From contig OZ242195.1 in the NCBI GenBank assembly GCA_965205975.1, positions 512,001 to 576,000 of the forward strand: 64,000 nt of DNA. The letters are read 5' to 3'. The stretch's first letter is position 1; each line of letters begins with the position of its first letter. The notes under the pieces were generated by a model. It was not told the DNA's origin, ran no database searches, and saw nothing but the letters and a program-made list of their open reading frames with translations. Source of the DNA: Candidatus Latescibacterota bacterium. Its GTDB lineage: Bacteria > Latescibacterota > UBA2968. The translations under genes were made by a program, and so were the position numbers. Shown piece after piece: positions 17,736-27,330 of the stretch.

Positions 17736-19388
17736 CTAAACGAGTTTCTCTTCTGCGGCCGACCACGTTCCGCATCTGATTTCCAGCAGGTGATCCACTG
17801 GCGTCGTAAATGTCATCAATACGCGGAAGGCAGTGGGGGCGGACTCGCTGCCCCGCAATGCCCAGTAGCGATGCGTGTATGCGCCCGGTCCAATGGAAAT
17901 GGCGTCGTTGCCTATGTGGTAGGTCGCATATCCGGATTTGAGGAATGCGACCTCCGCGGCCTGGCCACGCACGATACCGCTGTCAAAATCCAGTTCGCCG
18001 CCGGGTACAAAATCGCACGCGATTTGAAATGGCACGCGGTCATAGCCCTCTGATTTTACGTGCAGATTAAATCCGTTATCCACTTCTTCAATTTCCAATA
18101 CTGTCGTTAGTGGCGACAGCGCGTACACATCTCTTTCTTTTCGCAAGTTGTAAAATTCCTCAAAGGCGACTTCGCGCCCCAATGGCAGGTCATAACCGGG
18201 TCTGCCGCCATCAGAACTGCGGCTCACATGCGTCATCCTGATTTTGCCATCCACTTCCTCAAAGGTCTCACCTGAAAATTGCGCGATAGCAAAATAGCTC
18301 GCGCACAGGTTCACCGAGGCCAATTCTACGTCTCCATGCTTTACGCTAAATGGCGATATTATACCTGCACCTGCTGTGGCACTCGTTTTTTCGCGCCGCA
18401 CGCGCCACAGTCGCGCTGTGGGATAAACCTTCGCGTACGATTCGGGCAAAGGCTCGCGCTTCAGGTTGTCGTCTCGCCATTCGGGGCGGGTTAAAAATGG
18501 TTCCAGCGTCCACGGCAAACCGCCCGGGGATATGGCGTATAACCAGTCTGCGACTGCCGCGTAAAATCCATTTTCCTCGCGCCGCGCCATGTTGTAATAG
18601 CTATCGACCATACCTACCAGTATCACGCGCGTGCCGTGGTCCTGTCTGCGGGAAAAACTTGTTACAACAGTTCCGTCTGCATGTAACATGTGATAGGACA
18701 AATCCAGATTTCGGCGCACGGGTTCCAGAAGTTGGGGACGATTGAGCGCGTCGGAAGCCAGTCTCAGTGCGCGATTGCAGATGGCGTTATACGTGCCTGC
18801 ACTGCGCTCGATGTATTCGCCATCGGCATTGTTGTCTATTGTTTCGGCGAGATAGCTTTCAATGGTGTCCATTCCGTCCAGATCGGGGAATAATTCCAGC
18901 GCCTGGGAAAGCGCGGCGACCAATACCCAGCGGTGATTGGGCGTGTGGAATCCGCCTGCGATCATGCCTGGTACCGCCGTTTGAATAATTTCTCCGAGTA
19001 CTTCAGCTATCTGGCCTGCGCCGTCATTTTTTGCTTTGCGAGCCGCGCGGACTACTGGCGCGAGTCCTTCGACCAGAAATCCTGTGTCTGGCGATGAATC
19101 AAAATTGGTTGTAATAAGATCAAAGCATCCACTTTCCCTGCGAATTTTTCGCGCAAAAGCCGCGCCGGCGAGAATACGCGTCAATATTTCTTCGCTTTGA
19201 TAATAGCGACCGCCTTCCAGAAGATAGGCATAGCCCAGGGTGGATATTGCGCTCACATTTGTTGCACCGGCAATGCCATCGCTGACAAACCCGCCGTAAT
19301 CTTCGCGATGGATATCCATGACCTGACGGGGCAACATAGTTTCTATTTGTTCATTCAGATTTTCCAATAGTGATTCGTATTTTAGCAT
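17736..19388 (-). CDS. Hypothetical protein, possibly alpha/alpha-toroid polysaccharide lyase / heparinase-like
   Basis: GGFHTPNHRW and DGEYIERS..Y motifs; start placed at MLKYE after GGGAG. Confidence 0.6.
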   Translation of the reverse strand: MLKYESLLENLNEQIETMLPRQVMDIHREDYGGFVSDGIAGATNVSAISTLGYAYLLEGGRYYQSEEILTRILAGAAFARKIRRESGCFDLITTNFDSSPDTGFLVEGLAPVVRAARKAKNDGAGQIAEVLGEIIQTAVPGMIAGGFHTPNHRWVLVAALSQALELFPDLDGMDTIESYLAETIDNNADGEYIERSAGTYNAICNRALRLASDALNRPQLLEPVRRNLDLSYHMLHADGTVVTSFSRRQDHGTRVILVGMVDSYYNMARREENGFYAAVADWLYAISPGGLPWTLEPFLTRPEWRDDNLKREPLPESYAKVYPTARLWRVRREKTSATAGAGIISPFSVKHGDVELASVNLCASYFAIAQFSGETFEEVDGKIRMTHVSRSSDGGRPGYDLPLGREVAFEEFYNLRKERDVYALSPLTTVLEIEEVDNGFNLHVKSEGYDRVPFQIACDFVPGGELDFDSGIVRGQAAEVAFLKSGYATYHIGNDAISIGPGAYTHRYWALRGSESAPTAFRVLMTFTTPVDHLLEIRCGTWSAAEEKLV

Positions 19389-19407
19389 GCATAACTCCCA
19401 ATGAGTA

Positions 19408-19563
19408 ACTGATGTTACGCAACTGCACAATATAATGGGCCTGTCATTTTGAGCGGAGCGCAGCGGAGTCGAAAAATCTACGACCAACGCAGGTGGAATA
19501 GATGCTTCGGCTCCGTTCCACTCCGCTCAGCATGACAAAACCATAGACCTGCGTAACGTCAAT
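19408..19563. repeat. Nested palindromic (REP/MITE-like) element
   Basis: Outer inverted repeat ACTGATGTTACGCA / TGCGTAACGTCAAT; inner TGTCATTTTGAGCGGAG (19442) / CTCCGCTCAGCATGACA (19537). Confidence 0.75.
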
Positions 19564-19655
19564 AAGTAAACGACCAATAGCAAACTGAAGACCCGCTCAA
19601 TATACCCCCAATTTATTCGTACTTCAAGAGAACTCGTTTCCCACAGGGGCCTGAT

Positions 19656-20297
19656 TCAATGCAAACTGAAACGGATCGGGATGGTCATGCGTACCGCAAT
19701 TGCTCTGTCATTTTGCATGGCTGGCTTGAACAGAAATTGTCTGACTGCCTCCAGAGCCGCAGCGCGAAAAATCTCGGGGCCTTTTAAAACTCGTGGTTCG
19801 GATACGCGCCCTTCTCTGGTCACTATAAACGCCACAATCACCTGGCCCTGTAAACCCGCTCTGCGGGCCATCTCTGGATAAACTGGATTCACACGCTGGA
19901 TCAACTCGGGTTTCTGTTCCACGATCCAGAATTCCAAAATCTCTTCTTCTACTTCCACATCGTTCTTCCGCAGGGGTGGTGGGATATCGACGACAGGTGC
20001 ATCGAAATCCAGTTCTGTATCGGCAATGGTTACATCATCGGGTACGTCTTCGTCTTCTGTTTCAATGGGTACGGAGGGCCTTTCCATGGGTGGTGGTCGC
20101 TTCTTCTGATGTGTCTCGGGAATATCTTCAACTTTAAGGACCTCAATAACTTTTTTGGTCGATTTAGAGTCGATCTTCATATCTGGAAACAAAATGGCCA
20201 ATCCGACCATCAGAAACAGCGTCAACGAAGTAGAACGTTTCATTACTTTTGGATAAATTGCTTTCAAATCGGCATCTGCATGTTTTTTGCGAATCAT
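19656..20297 (-). CDS. tonB: TonB-family energy transducer
   Basis: N-terminal TM, Pro-rich linker, C-terminal YPEMARRAGLQGQV.V.F.V...G.V...F.PA....IPIRF. Confidence 0.9.
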   Translation of the reverse strand: MIRKKHADADLKAIYPKVMKRSTSLTLFLMVGLAILFPDMKIDSKSTKKVIEVLKVEDIPETHQKKRPPPMERPSVPIETEDEDVPDDVTIADTELDFDAPVVDIPPPLRKNDVEVEEEILEFWIVEQKPELIQRVNPVYPEMARRAGLQGQVIVAFIVTREGRVSEPRVLKGPEIFRAAALEAVRQFLFKPAMQNDRAIAVRMTIPIRFSLH

Positions 20298-20315
20298 CGG
20301 TTTCTCCTTTTTAGA

Positions 20316-20331
20316 TATTAAAAATTTAATA
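20316..20331. promoter_or_regulatory. Putative BlaI-family operator upstream of tonB
   Basis: TATTAA-AAAT-TTAATA palindrome identical to the copy at 22791-22806. Confidence 0.7.
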
Positions 20332-20365
20332 GTTCATTTTAAAAAAATATTTAACCCAACGTGAT

Positions 20366-22390
20366 CTATCCCTCCTTCCGCACACCTTCAATACAAAATG
20401 TGTGAGCCAGTACATCGAGTTGTCTCATCTGAAGCGCCTTTGTGCGGTTAGGCGCATAGATACCCATGTTGATTAAAAAGAAGCGATTCTGAGCAATATC
20501 AAAGAGTGCATAACTCTTAAATGGTCCACCTTGCCACGCGCGTGTATTTTCCCATAGTCCTTCCAGGCATACGGCCAATTTACCCAGAAACTCCGTCTGG
20601 TAAATATTTACCTCCCCAGACGATGTTTGATCGCCGCCATAAAAACGGCTCGATACGTCGTCCCACTTTTGCAAACACCAATCTGGCGTCAATTGATCGG
20701 GATGTACACCATCTTCCCAATATACCCACAGCCACAATTGTCGTCGATCTACCTGACGCGCCAGTGCTACAAAGTTCTCGCTTGCATACTCATCCATTAC
20801 TTCATAGCCCACCGGCACCCGCAGGCGCCAGCCAAATTGCCGTGATAGAGCTTCAGAATGCTCGGTATTTTCTCCCGCGTGATACAGAATGGTTTCGAGC
20901 CATTTCGACATAGATGCATCAATCGCCGACACAATGCGGTCGCCATTGAGCGCGACTTGTTCAGCTACACCCGGATCATCTGCAGCGTTGACGACCACAA
21001 CTATCTGATCAGATGCCCACACATCGCGGTGAATTACTGTCTCATTTTTAGAACGCCCGGTAAACAGCGGCTGCAAGTCCTTCGCCAGAATACCATTTGC
21101 AGATGAAACAAGGATCAAATTGCGGTAAGCCCGAAAATCCCGAAACGCTTCAGGAGAGACATATACGAGATCAAATACGTACTCGGGTTGCGGCGTCAAC
21201 ACCGGATCTAATAGTAAATCTTCCAATACTGGTTTTAACTCCTCCCGGGCGGCTCCATCGGCCACAATCACAATTTTACTGGTTAGTCCAATGCCCCTGG
21301 GCAGCGGATTGCCGATAAGTACATCTGCCAGCGGTTTGCTCCATCGGGCAATTTTCAGATGGGCTTCGGCTCGACCGGGCACATCAATGAGAGGACCGAT
21401 TTTTATAGCAATGATACAGACAGATAGAAATATCGCGAGCCAGATTGCACTGTGCGACAGCGATGGGCGGTGCCGGCTGAGCAGATATTCAAAGCGTTTT
21501 ACCAGATTTGGATGGCGATTTATAATGCCCAAACCTATTGGGCGCACCTTGCCAATCATCTCTGTCAGGCGCGTCAGACAGATTGCATAATCACGTGCAT
21601 TGTGACCGCGATGCACTGCATAATCATCGCAGGCCATTTCTCGCGTCAGTGACAGTTGCCAGCTCAGCCACCAGATGCCGGGATTGCACCATAAAAAAAC
21701 TTCCACGAGGCGCTGCATCAGAATGCCGAGAGCATCTCGGCGTTGAACATGCGCGATTTCATGCTTGAGAATTTGCTCCAGTTCAGACGCTGACAGTTGC
21801 GGTATGAGATGTTGCGGTATGAGAACGACCTGACGAAAAATACCCAGTACTGCGGGGCTGGCAATAGCATCTGAAATTCGCAAACCAACATCCACTGAGC
21901 CAATCCATCTGCGTTTGCACCGCTCAAACTGAGTCTGAAGATCCTTTCCAGCCCACTTTCCAGATCGCTTTAACCGCATCATCTGATAATATCCCAGTGC
22001 TATGCGCCCGAGCATTGCATTGGCAACGGCCAGCCATAAAATCCAGAAGACAATTGGCCAGGAAGATGTGCTGTGGCTCGACCGGGTTTTCACAGGCGTT
22101 GCTATTTGTGGTTGTGATGCCTCACTGGCGAGATTGGTATCCAGCACTCTGGTTGGGGGAATCGTTGTGTCCGATTCATCTGTGGCCTCGTATGGTGCAG
22201 GTGTGACGAGAAACAGAGGCATAATCACTACACCAATCACAGCGATCCATAACAGGCGGTGCAACAAAGACGCGGGCACGCGCAAGTGCGAGAGGACTGC
22301 CACAATCATTGCAGCCAAAAATCCCATCCAGATCCCATTCAGCAGATAAAACACGCTGAGCCGAGCAATGGTATCAATCCATTCGCCCAT
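20366..22390 (-). CDS. BlaR1/M56 peptidase fused to a DUF4837-like domain
   Basis: TM helices, HEIAH (HExxH), W.NP..W, REMACD; C-terminus GLWE...GGPF.SY...YAP...K...RQL. Confidence 0.85.
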   Translation of the reverse strand: MGEWIDTIARLSVFYLLNGIWMGFLAAMIVAVLSHLRVPASLLHRLLWIAVIGVVIMPLFLVTPAPYEATDESDTTIPPTRVLDTNLASEASQPQIATPVKTRSSHSTSSWPIVFWILWLAVANAMLGRIALGYYQMMRLKRSGKWAGKDLQTQFERCKRRWIGSVDVGLRISDAIASPAVLGIFRQVVLIPQHLIPQLSASELEQILKHEIAHVQRRDALGILMQRLVEVFLWCNPGIWWLSWQLSLTREMACDDYAVHRGHNARDYAICLTRLTEMIGKVRPIGLGIINRHPNLVKRFEYLLSRHRPSLSHSAIWLAIFLSVCIIAIKIGPLIDVPGRAEAHLKIARWSKPLADVLIGNPLPRGIGLTSKIVIVADGAAREELKPVLEDLLLDPVLTPQPEYVFDLVYVSPEAFRDFRAYRNLILVSSANGILAKDLQPLFTGRSKNETVIHRDVWASDQIVVVVNAADDPGVAEQVALNGDRIVSAIDASMSKWLETILYHAGENTEHSEALSRQFGWRLRVPVGYEVMDEYASENFVALARQVDRRQLWLWVYWEDGVHPDQLTPDWCLQKWDDVSSRFYGGDQTSSGEVNIYQTEFLGKLAVCLEGLWENTRAWQGGPFKSYALFDIAQNRFFLINMGIYAPNRTKALQMRQLDVLAHTFCIEGVRKEG

Positions 22391-22779
22391 CACGTTTCAT
22401 CCTCCTCTGCCTTCTGAATCATTTTGTGAATGCGGGCGAGGTCTTGTGCATCGAGTTCTTCATTTTCCACCAGATTGAGTACCAGAGTTTCTGGCGAATT
22501 ATCGAAAAAACGACTCATTAGATATTGAATGGCGCTTCGCTGTGCATCCTCTCGCCCCACGATTGGATAATACACAAAAGCTCTGCCTTCTTTTTCATGT
22601 CGCAAATAACCCTTCTGTTCCAGAATGCGCAATATTGTCAATACTGTGCTATACGCCGGAGATTCACGTCCAGCGAGTGTGTTGACAACCTCGCTCACTG
22701 TAGCCGATCCACGATCCCAAATCACCCGCATCAATCTCAGTTCGGCATCTGTCAGAGTAGGGGATCTTCGCCTGCCCAT
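22390..22779 (-). CDS. BlaI/MecI/CopY-family repressor
   Basis: LTDAELRLMRVIW...TV.EV...AYSTVLTILRILEQKGYL...GRAFVY.P. Confidence 0.93.
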   Translation of the reverse strand: MGRRRSPTLTDAELRLMRVIWDRGSATVSEVVNTLAGRESPAYSTVLTILRILEQKGYLRHEKEGRAFVYYPIVGREDAQRSAIQYLMSRFFDNSPETLVLNLVENEELDAQDLARIHKMIQKAEEDET

Positions 22780-22790
22780 ATAGTCCTCGC

Positions 22791-22860
22791 TATTAAAAAT
22801 TTAATACTTCCAAAATAAATATGACCGAAAAGAAAGTGAATGTCAATTAAAAAATTAATA
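22791..22860 (-). promoter_or_regulatory. blaI-like promoter with two operator palindromes
   Basis: Minus-strand TTGACA (22846-22841)-17 nt-CATATT; palindromes at 22791-22806 and 22845-22860. Confidence 0.65.
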
Positions 22861-22936
22861 GTTCAACAGAAAAAAAGACAAACTGGTAGGAGACAGGACG
22901 CCCTCGCGTCCAGGTTTTCCAAACGGAGATACAAAG

Positions 22937-23917
22937 TCACTTGAACTTCAAGAGTTTGCCTTCGCGGGCAGATTGATAGACCGCTTCGAGGAGTGCTACT
23001 GTGCGGCGGCCTTCGCGTCCATCTACAGATAGGGGCGTTCCTTTGGTCACGGCATTGACCACATCTTCGACAATGCTGTGGACGTTATTTTCTACGCTGT
23101 CGAGTTTTTCCTGAAGCCCTGTGCCGTAAACCGTCATTTCGCCATTTAAAACATCGTGCAGCAAAATACCACCTTCTGTTCCGTGGACCTCTGCACTGAA
23201 ATACACACTCTGGGGAAAGGTCGTAGTGCCCAAAATTGTGCCTTTTGCCCCGTTCTCAAAATTCAGGATTGCCAGTCCGATGTCTTCGGTCTCAATCTCG
23301 TGATTTACAATGTCGATTTCGCCATACACAGAAACCGGGTCGCCCATAAACCAGCTCAATACATCGAGCAAATGTGCGCCCTGGTTGGCCAATGAGCCGC
23401 CGCCATCCATATCCCATGTCCCGCGCCAACCATCGTCGTGCAAAAAATAGCCGTCAGATCGAAACCACTTAAAACGCACTTCACCCAATATCATCTTGCC
23501 CAGCCAGCCTTCCCGAATCGCGGTTGCCACCTTGACGTTGCCATCAACGTATCGGCTTTGATAATCCACACCGCACAATACACCGGCCTCTTCACAAGCC
23601 GCAATGAGCCGGTCACACGCTTCCGTACTTACATCCATGGGCTTGGTGGTAATTACATGCTTGCCCGCTTTTGCCGCTTCAATGCCCACCTGGGCATGTT
23701 TGCCGCTCGGCGTCATCACCATCACGACATCCACATCATCTCGCGCAAACACATGTTCCATATTTATAACGCAGTCCGTCTCCAATTCCTGCGCCACTTC
23801 TTCGGCCAGATCGCCGTGCAGATCGCATACGACCTTTAAATCTGCACCGGCTGTCTCTTTAATCAACCGCGCCCTGTTGCGCCCCATGCCCAGACCTATA
23901 ACGCCAAAACCGACCAT
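22937..23917 (-). CDS. Gfo/Idh/MocA oxidoreductase
   Basis: GVIGLGMG, TPSGKH, GKHV...KP, WRGTW.MDGGGSLANQGAH.LD. Confidence 0.9.
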   Translation of the reverse strand: MVGFGVIGLGMGRNRARLIKETAGADLKVVCDLHGDLAEEVAQELETDCVINMEHVFARDDVDVVMVMTPSGKHAQVGIEAAKAGKHVITTKPMDVSTEACDRLIAACEEAGVLCGVDYQSRYVDGNVKVATAIREGWLGKMILGEVRFKWFRSDGYFLHDDGWRGTWDMDGGGSLANQGAHLLDVLSWFMGDPVSVYGEIDIVNHEIETEDIGLAILNFENGAKGTILGTTTFPQSVYFSAEVHGTEGGILLHDVLNGEMTVYGTGLQEKLDSVENNVHSIVEDVVNAVTKGTPLSVDGREGRRTVALLEAVYQSAREGKLLKFK

Positions 23918-23930
23918 GTTATCCTCCTAT

Positions 23931-24029
23931 ACGAATCAGCGAATCAACGAATCAACGACGGAGTTCGTAACAACTTTGGGTGGTAGGGCGGGGTTCGTCT
24001 ATTCGTCTATTCGTCTATTCGTCTATTCG
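23931..24029. repeat. Pair of inverted octamer arrays
   Basis: (ACGAATCA)x3 at 23931-23954 faces (TTCGTCTA)x4 at 23994-24025, whose reverse complement rotates to ACGAATAG. Confidence 0.8.
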
Positions 24030-24037
24030 CCTTATTT

Positions 24038-25045
24038 TCATGCACAATCGGGATGGCCTTCTTTCCAACGCCCGAACGGAACATCGGTCTGCCCGTCCTG
24101 ATTGATTTTCGACATCGCCTTTCGAGTATCCAACCACATTTGGGTCCACACTTTTGCATCTCTCAATTCGCGCTCTGGATGTTTGCGGCTGCGCGCGACA
24201 AAGCCCGGAAATGCTTCGCGTCCAGTCAACTGACCGGTGGGATTATAGCGCAGATCAAAGCTCCAGCGGATTTTATCGCTCACATTGGGCAGCGATCCGT
24301 GTACTGTACACTTGGGAAGAAAAATGACATCTCCCCGTTTAATCGGTAGCGGTATCATGCGTTTGGCTTCAAATAGCGATTCGGGTATTTGCCGCCCGCC
24401 CGCTGTTTTGGGCCCATTCCCAAAGTACGACGGACAGTGCGTCAAAAGTCCATTTTTGTGGCTGCCGGGCACGACTTTTAGCGGGCCTTGTTCAATATCG
24501 ACGTCTTCGAATGCAAACCACACGGTCAACATATTTGTCTCATCTGCTTCTGGTACAACCACGCCCTGATCCTGGTGCCAGATCGTTTCTCCCAAAATCG
24601 GATTTCCAAACTGGTTTTTGGGCAGAATATGCTCGGGCGGTTTAATCCGCACATGTTGTACGGGATTCGAGTAAATCTCTGGACCGATGAGCGATTCCAC
24701 ACAATCGAGCAGGGATTCATCCGTAAAGGCATTGAGAACAGCCTGTCCCGTCCAAAAAGGTGTGTCTGGCTTCACATTTTGAAATGGTAGCGAAAAATCG
24801 AAATACTGTTTGTGTACATCACCTGTTTCAATACAGACTGCGATAAACCGCTCGGCAAAATCGAGGTCCTCAAACAAAGAAGAGATTTCTTCTCGCTCGT
24901 AAAGATCGCGCACTAATGTGTCGAGTACATCTGTGTATTCTTCAATCACAGGATCCAACACGGTTTTTGGATCCAACACGCCTTCCACCACCAGATAGCC
25001 TTCTTCTTCAAACTGTGCAATCTGCTCGGCAGTTAGGCAACCCAT
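24038..25045 (-). CDS. Phytanoyl-CoA dioxygenase (PhyH) family
   Basis: LTAEQIAQFEEEGYL, WHQD, L.VVPGSH, GDV....VHGS.PN.S...R. Confidence 0.9.
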   Translation of the reverse strand: MGCLTAEQIAQFEEEGYLVVEGVLDPKTVLDPVIEEYTDVLDTLVRDLYEREEISSLFEDLDFAERFIAVCIETGDVHKQYFDFSLPFQNVKPDTPFWTGQAVLNAFTDESLLDCVESLIGPEIYSNPVQHVRIKPPEHILPKNQFGNPILGETIWHQDQGVVVPEADETNMLTVWFAFEDVDIEQGPLKVVPGSHKNGLLTHCPSYFGNGPKTAGGRQIPESLFEAKRMIPLPIKRGDVIFLPKCTVHGSLPNVSDKIRWSFDLRYNPTGQLTGREAFPGFVARSRKHPERELRDAKVWTQMWLDTRKAMSKINQDGQTDVPFGRWKEGHPDCA

Positions 25046-25107
25046 GGTATTTCCTCCTTTTTGTGGGTGTTTTAGCGGTCAGCTTTTTAATTTTAGAGCC
25101 TCAGACG

Positions 25108-25998
25108 CTATTGTCCTGCTGTGACCAGCGTTAGCGCACCGGGCATAATTTCAAATACCAGTTCTTTTGGCCCTTTCTCTACTTCGCCGTCAAATTGAAA
25201 CCAATCGCTTTTCTCGCGCGTGATATGGACTTTTTTCGCCTGAAATATCTCGACACCGGGCATTCGGTCAAAAGTGCCATTAAAAAGTCGATAGGTATTC
25301 AACACCAGGCGAATCCACCCCGGATGTGTAAACACGCATACATCGAGAAGTCCATCATCTGGCATTGCTTGAGGAGCTATGGTTGCGCCGCCTCCAAAGT
25401 CCGGCATGTTGGCTATGGCAACGAACAAAGGCGTGCGCTCAATTTCACTGTCAGAATCCAATTTCAACCGCAAGGTCTGCGGGCGATATAAGAGAAGCGA
25501 TAGCGCGGTGAGCACCAGGTAGGGCAAGAATCCGCGGCGCCCCGTCCGATTTGCATACCGATGTGCAACCTCTGCGTCTAAGCCAATGCCCGCCGTAGAA
25601 AAAAACAGGGCATTGCCCACGCGCCCCACATCGAGTTTCCGTATCTCTGGCTGAATAAAAGCGCGACAGGCTTTTGCCGGGTCAAAAGATAAATTCAAAG
25701 CACGCGCAAACGCATTGCCCGATCCAGCGGGTACCACTCCCAGTGGCATCTCTGTGCCGAGTAGTGCGCGTCCAACTTCGTTAATGGTGCCATCGCCTCC
25801 AATGGCTACTACCAAATCGAATCCCATTTCGGACGCGCTTGCCGCCAATTCCGTAGCGTGCCCCGCGTGCTGCGTTACTTCAAGGGTAAAATCCATCTTT
25901 GCTTTTTCACAGGCGGCAATTATGCGCGATCGAATATTGCGCCGCACACCTGCATGCGGATTCGCAATGAAGAGCACGCGGGAAAATTGCACACTCAT
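25108..25998 (-). CDS. Diacylglycerol kinase (YegS/DgkB) family lipid kinase
   Basis: NPHAG, GGDGTINEV, PAGSGNAFAR, DDGLLDV, QFDGE. Confidence 0.92.
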   Translation of the reverse strand: MSVQFSRVLFIANPHAGVRRNIRSRIIAACEKAKMDFTLEVTQHAGHATELAASASEMGFDLVVAIGGDGTINEVGRALLGTEMPLGVVPAGSGNAFARALNLSFDPAKACRAFIQPEIRKLDVGRVGNALFFSTAGIGLDAEVAHRYANRTGRRGFLPYLVLTALSLLLYRPQTLRLKLDSDSEIERTPLFVAIANMPDFGGGATIAPQAMPDDGLLDVCVFTHPGWIRLVLNTYRLFNGTFDRMPGVEIFQAKKVHITREKSDWFQFDGEVEKGPKELVFEIMPGALTLVTAGQ

Positions 25999-26582
25999 GT
26001 GTGTAAAAAATCGACCAGGGTCTGACCGATATCCCTCAAAATTTTTGGCGAAGGCTGCGATACATCGATTTGTTGCACGATTTCTTTGGGATAATGTTCC
26101 AATACAGCAATTGTTTGACGGTCGTACACATCGAATCTTTTGCGAATAATTTGTTCATTTGCGTCATCAATGCGGTATGCGACGAGCGCACGCCCAAAGA
26201 GGCGTTTGATCAGTACATTGCGGTCTGGACAATCCAATACCATGATCAATTTTACATTCAGGTTCTCATCGGCCATCTGAGCCTGGGCCAGTGTGCGCGG
26301 TAAGCCATCTAAAATCAGTGTCTGTTCATCGGGCTTAAAATCGCCAAAATCAGCCAGACGCTGCATGCGTTCTCGCCACAGGGCTACAACAAATTCATCG
26401 GGTACCAACTCGCCTTTGCGAATACTCGCCAGAGCCATTTCCCCAGGCTGGCTATCGACGTCCAATGCCCTGAGCATATCGCCACTTGAAAAATGGTATA
26501 AACCTGGTATTTGTTTTAACACACTTCCCCATGTGCCCTTGCCGGCACCGGGGGGGCCAAATAATAAGACAGTATCATACAT
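25995..26582 (-). CDS. Adenylate kinase family (short-LID type)
   Basis: GPPGAGKGT, SSGDMLR, GELVPD, LDGLPRT..QA, R.DD. Confidence 0.88.
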   Translation of the reverse strand: MYDTVLLFGPPGAGKGTWGSVLKQIPGLYHFSSGDMLRALDVDSQPGEMALASIRKGELVPDEFVVALWRERMQRLADFGDFKPDEQTLILDGLPRTLAQAQMADENLNVKLIMVLDCPDRNVLIKRLFGRALVAYRIDDANEQIIRKRFDVYDRQTIAVLEHYPKEIVQQIDVSQPSPKILRDIGQTLVDFLHT

Positions 26583-26636
26583 CGGCACAACTCCCTTGAT
26601 TGTTTTTTGACAGAATGGAAATGTGAATGTATTTTA

Positions 26637-26692
26637 GTAGGAGCGGATTGAACTGCTGTCGCAGTTGTACATCGCTCCAAACCCGCTCCTAC
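26637..26692. repeat. GTAG-type REP palindrome
   Basis: GTAGGAGCGG ... CCGCTCCTAC inverted repeat. Confidence 0.75.
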
Positions 26693-26720
26693 GGATTACC
26701 GAACCTTATAGGAGAACATC

Positions 26721-27326
26721 ATGAACCTCGATCCCGCTGCCGTCTCACTGAAAAAAAACGGCGATAAAATCGAAGCTCTTATCCACGGACAGACCACATT
26801 TGTCGATCGCCTTGCCCGCGCGTTTCCCCACAGCAATCCCGACCAATTTGTCAGCTTGATGGACGAATTGGGGCACGAAATTGGCATTATTGAAAATCCA
26901 AAAAAACTCGACGATGCTTCGCGAAATTTGCTCGAAGCCGAACTCAAAGCCATCTATTTTGTCCCGGCTATCAGCGCTATAACGTCCGTCGTATCCAAAG
27001 GTACGGGCAGTCAGTGGACTGTTGATACCGACGATGGCGAATATACTTTCCGCATTCTGGGACGAGACGCACTCAAGGGCAATGAACCGCCTGCAGTTGA
27101 AATTACAGATGAACACGGCAAGCGATACAGAATTGACAATTACTGGGATCTCGATGCGGAAAGCCGAGATCTGACCTCCGACCTGCTGCCCGATAAAGTT
27201 GTCAAGGCGCGCTATTACACCCGATCGATCTCGAGTAGTAGAAGTGGCAAAAGTAGAGGTTCGAGCAGTCGCGGTAGTAGTAGTGGCGGTAGTAGTGGCA
27301 TGGGCGGATCGATTGGCATACGATGA
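26721..27326 (+). CDS. DUF1854-like protein with Ser/Gly-rich tail
   Basis: RAFP.S.P..FVSL.D..G.EIG, YFVP.I..I, W.VDTD.G, D..G.RY.I. Confidence 0.75.
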   Translation: MNLDPAAVSLKKNGDKIEALIHGQTTFVDRLARAFPHSNPDQFVSLMDELGHEIGIIENPKKLDDASRNLLEAELKAIYFVPAISAITSVVSKGTGSQWTVDTDDGEYTFRILGRDALKGNEPPAVEITDEHGKRYRIDNYWDLDAESRDLTSDLLPDKVVKARYYTRSISSSRSGKSRGSSSRGSSSGGSSGMGGSIGIR

Positions 27327-27330
27327 TCCG

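Noticed and set aside
19389..19487. N-terminal extension of the 583-aa ORF
   Set aside because: It is the translation of the palindromic element; an RBS supports the ATG at 19388.
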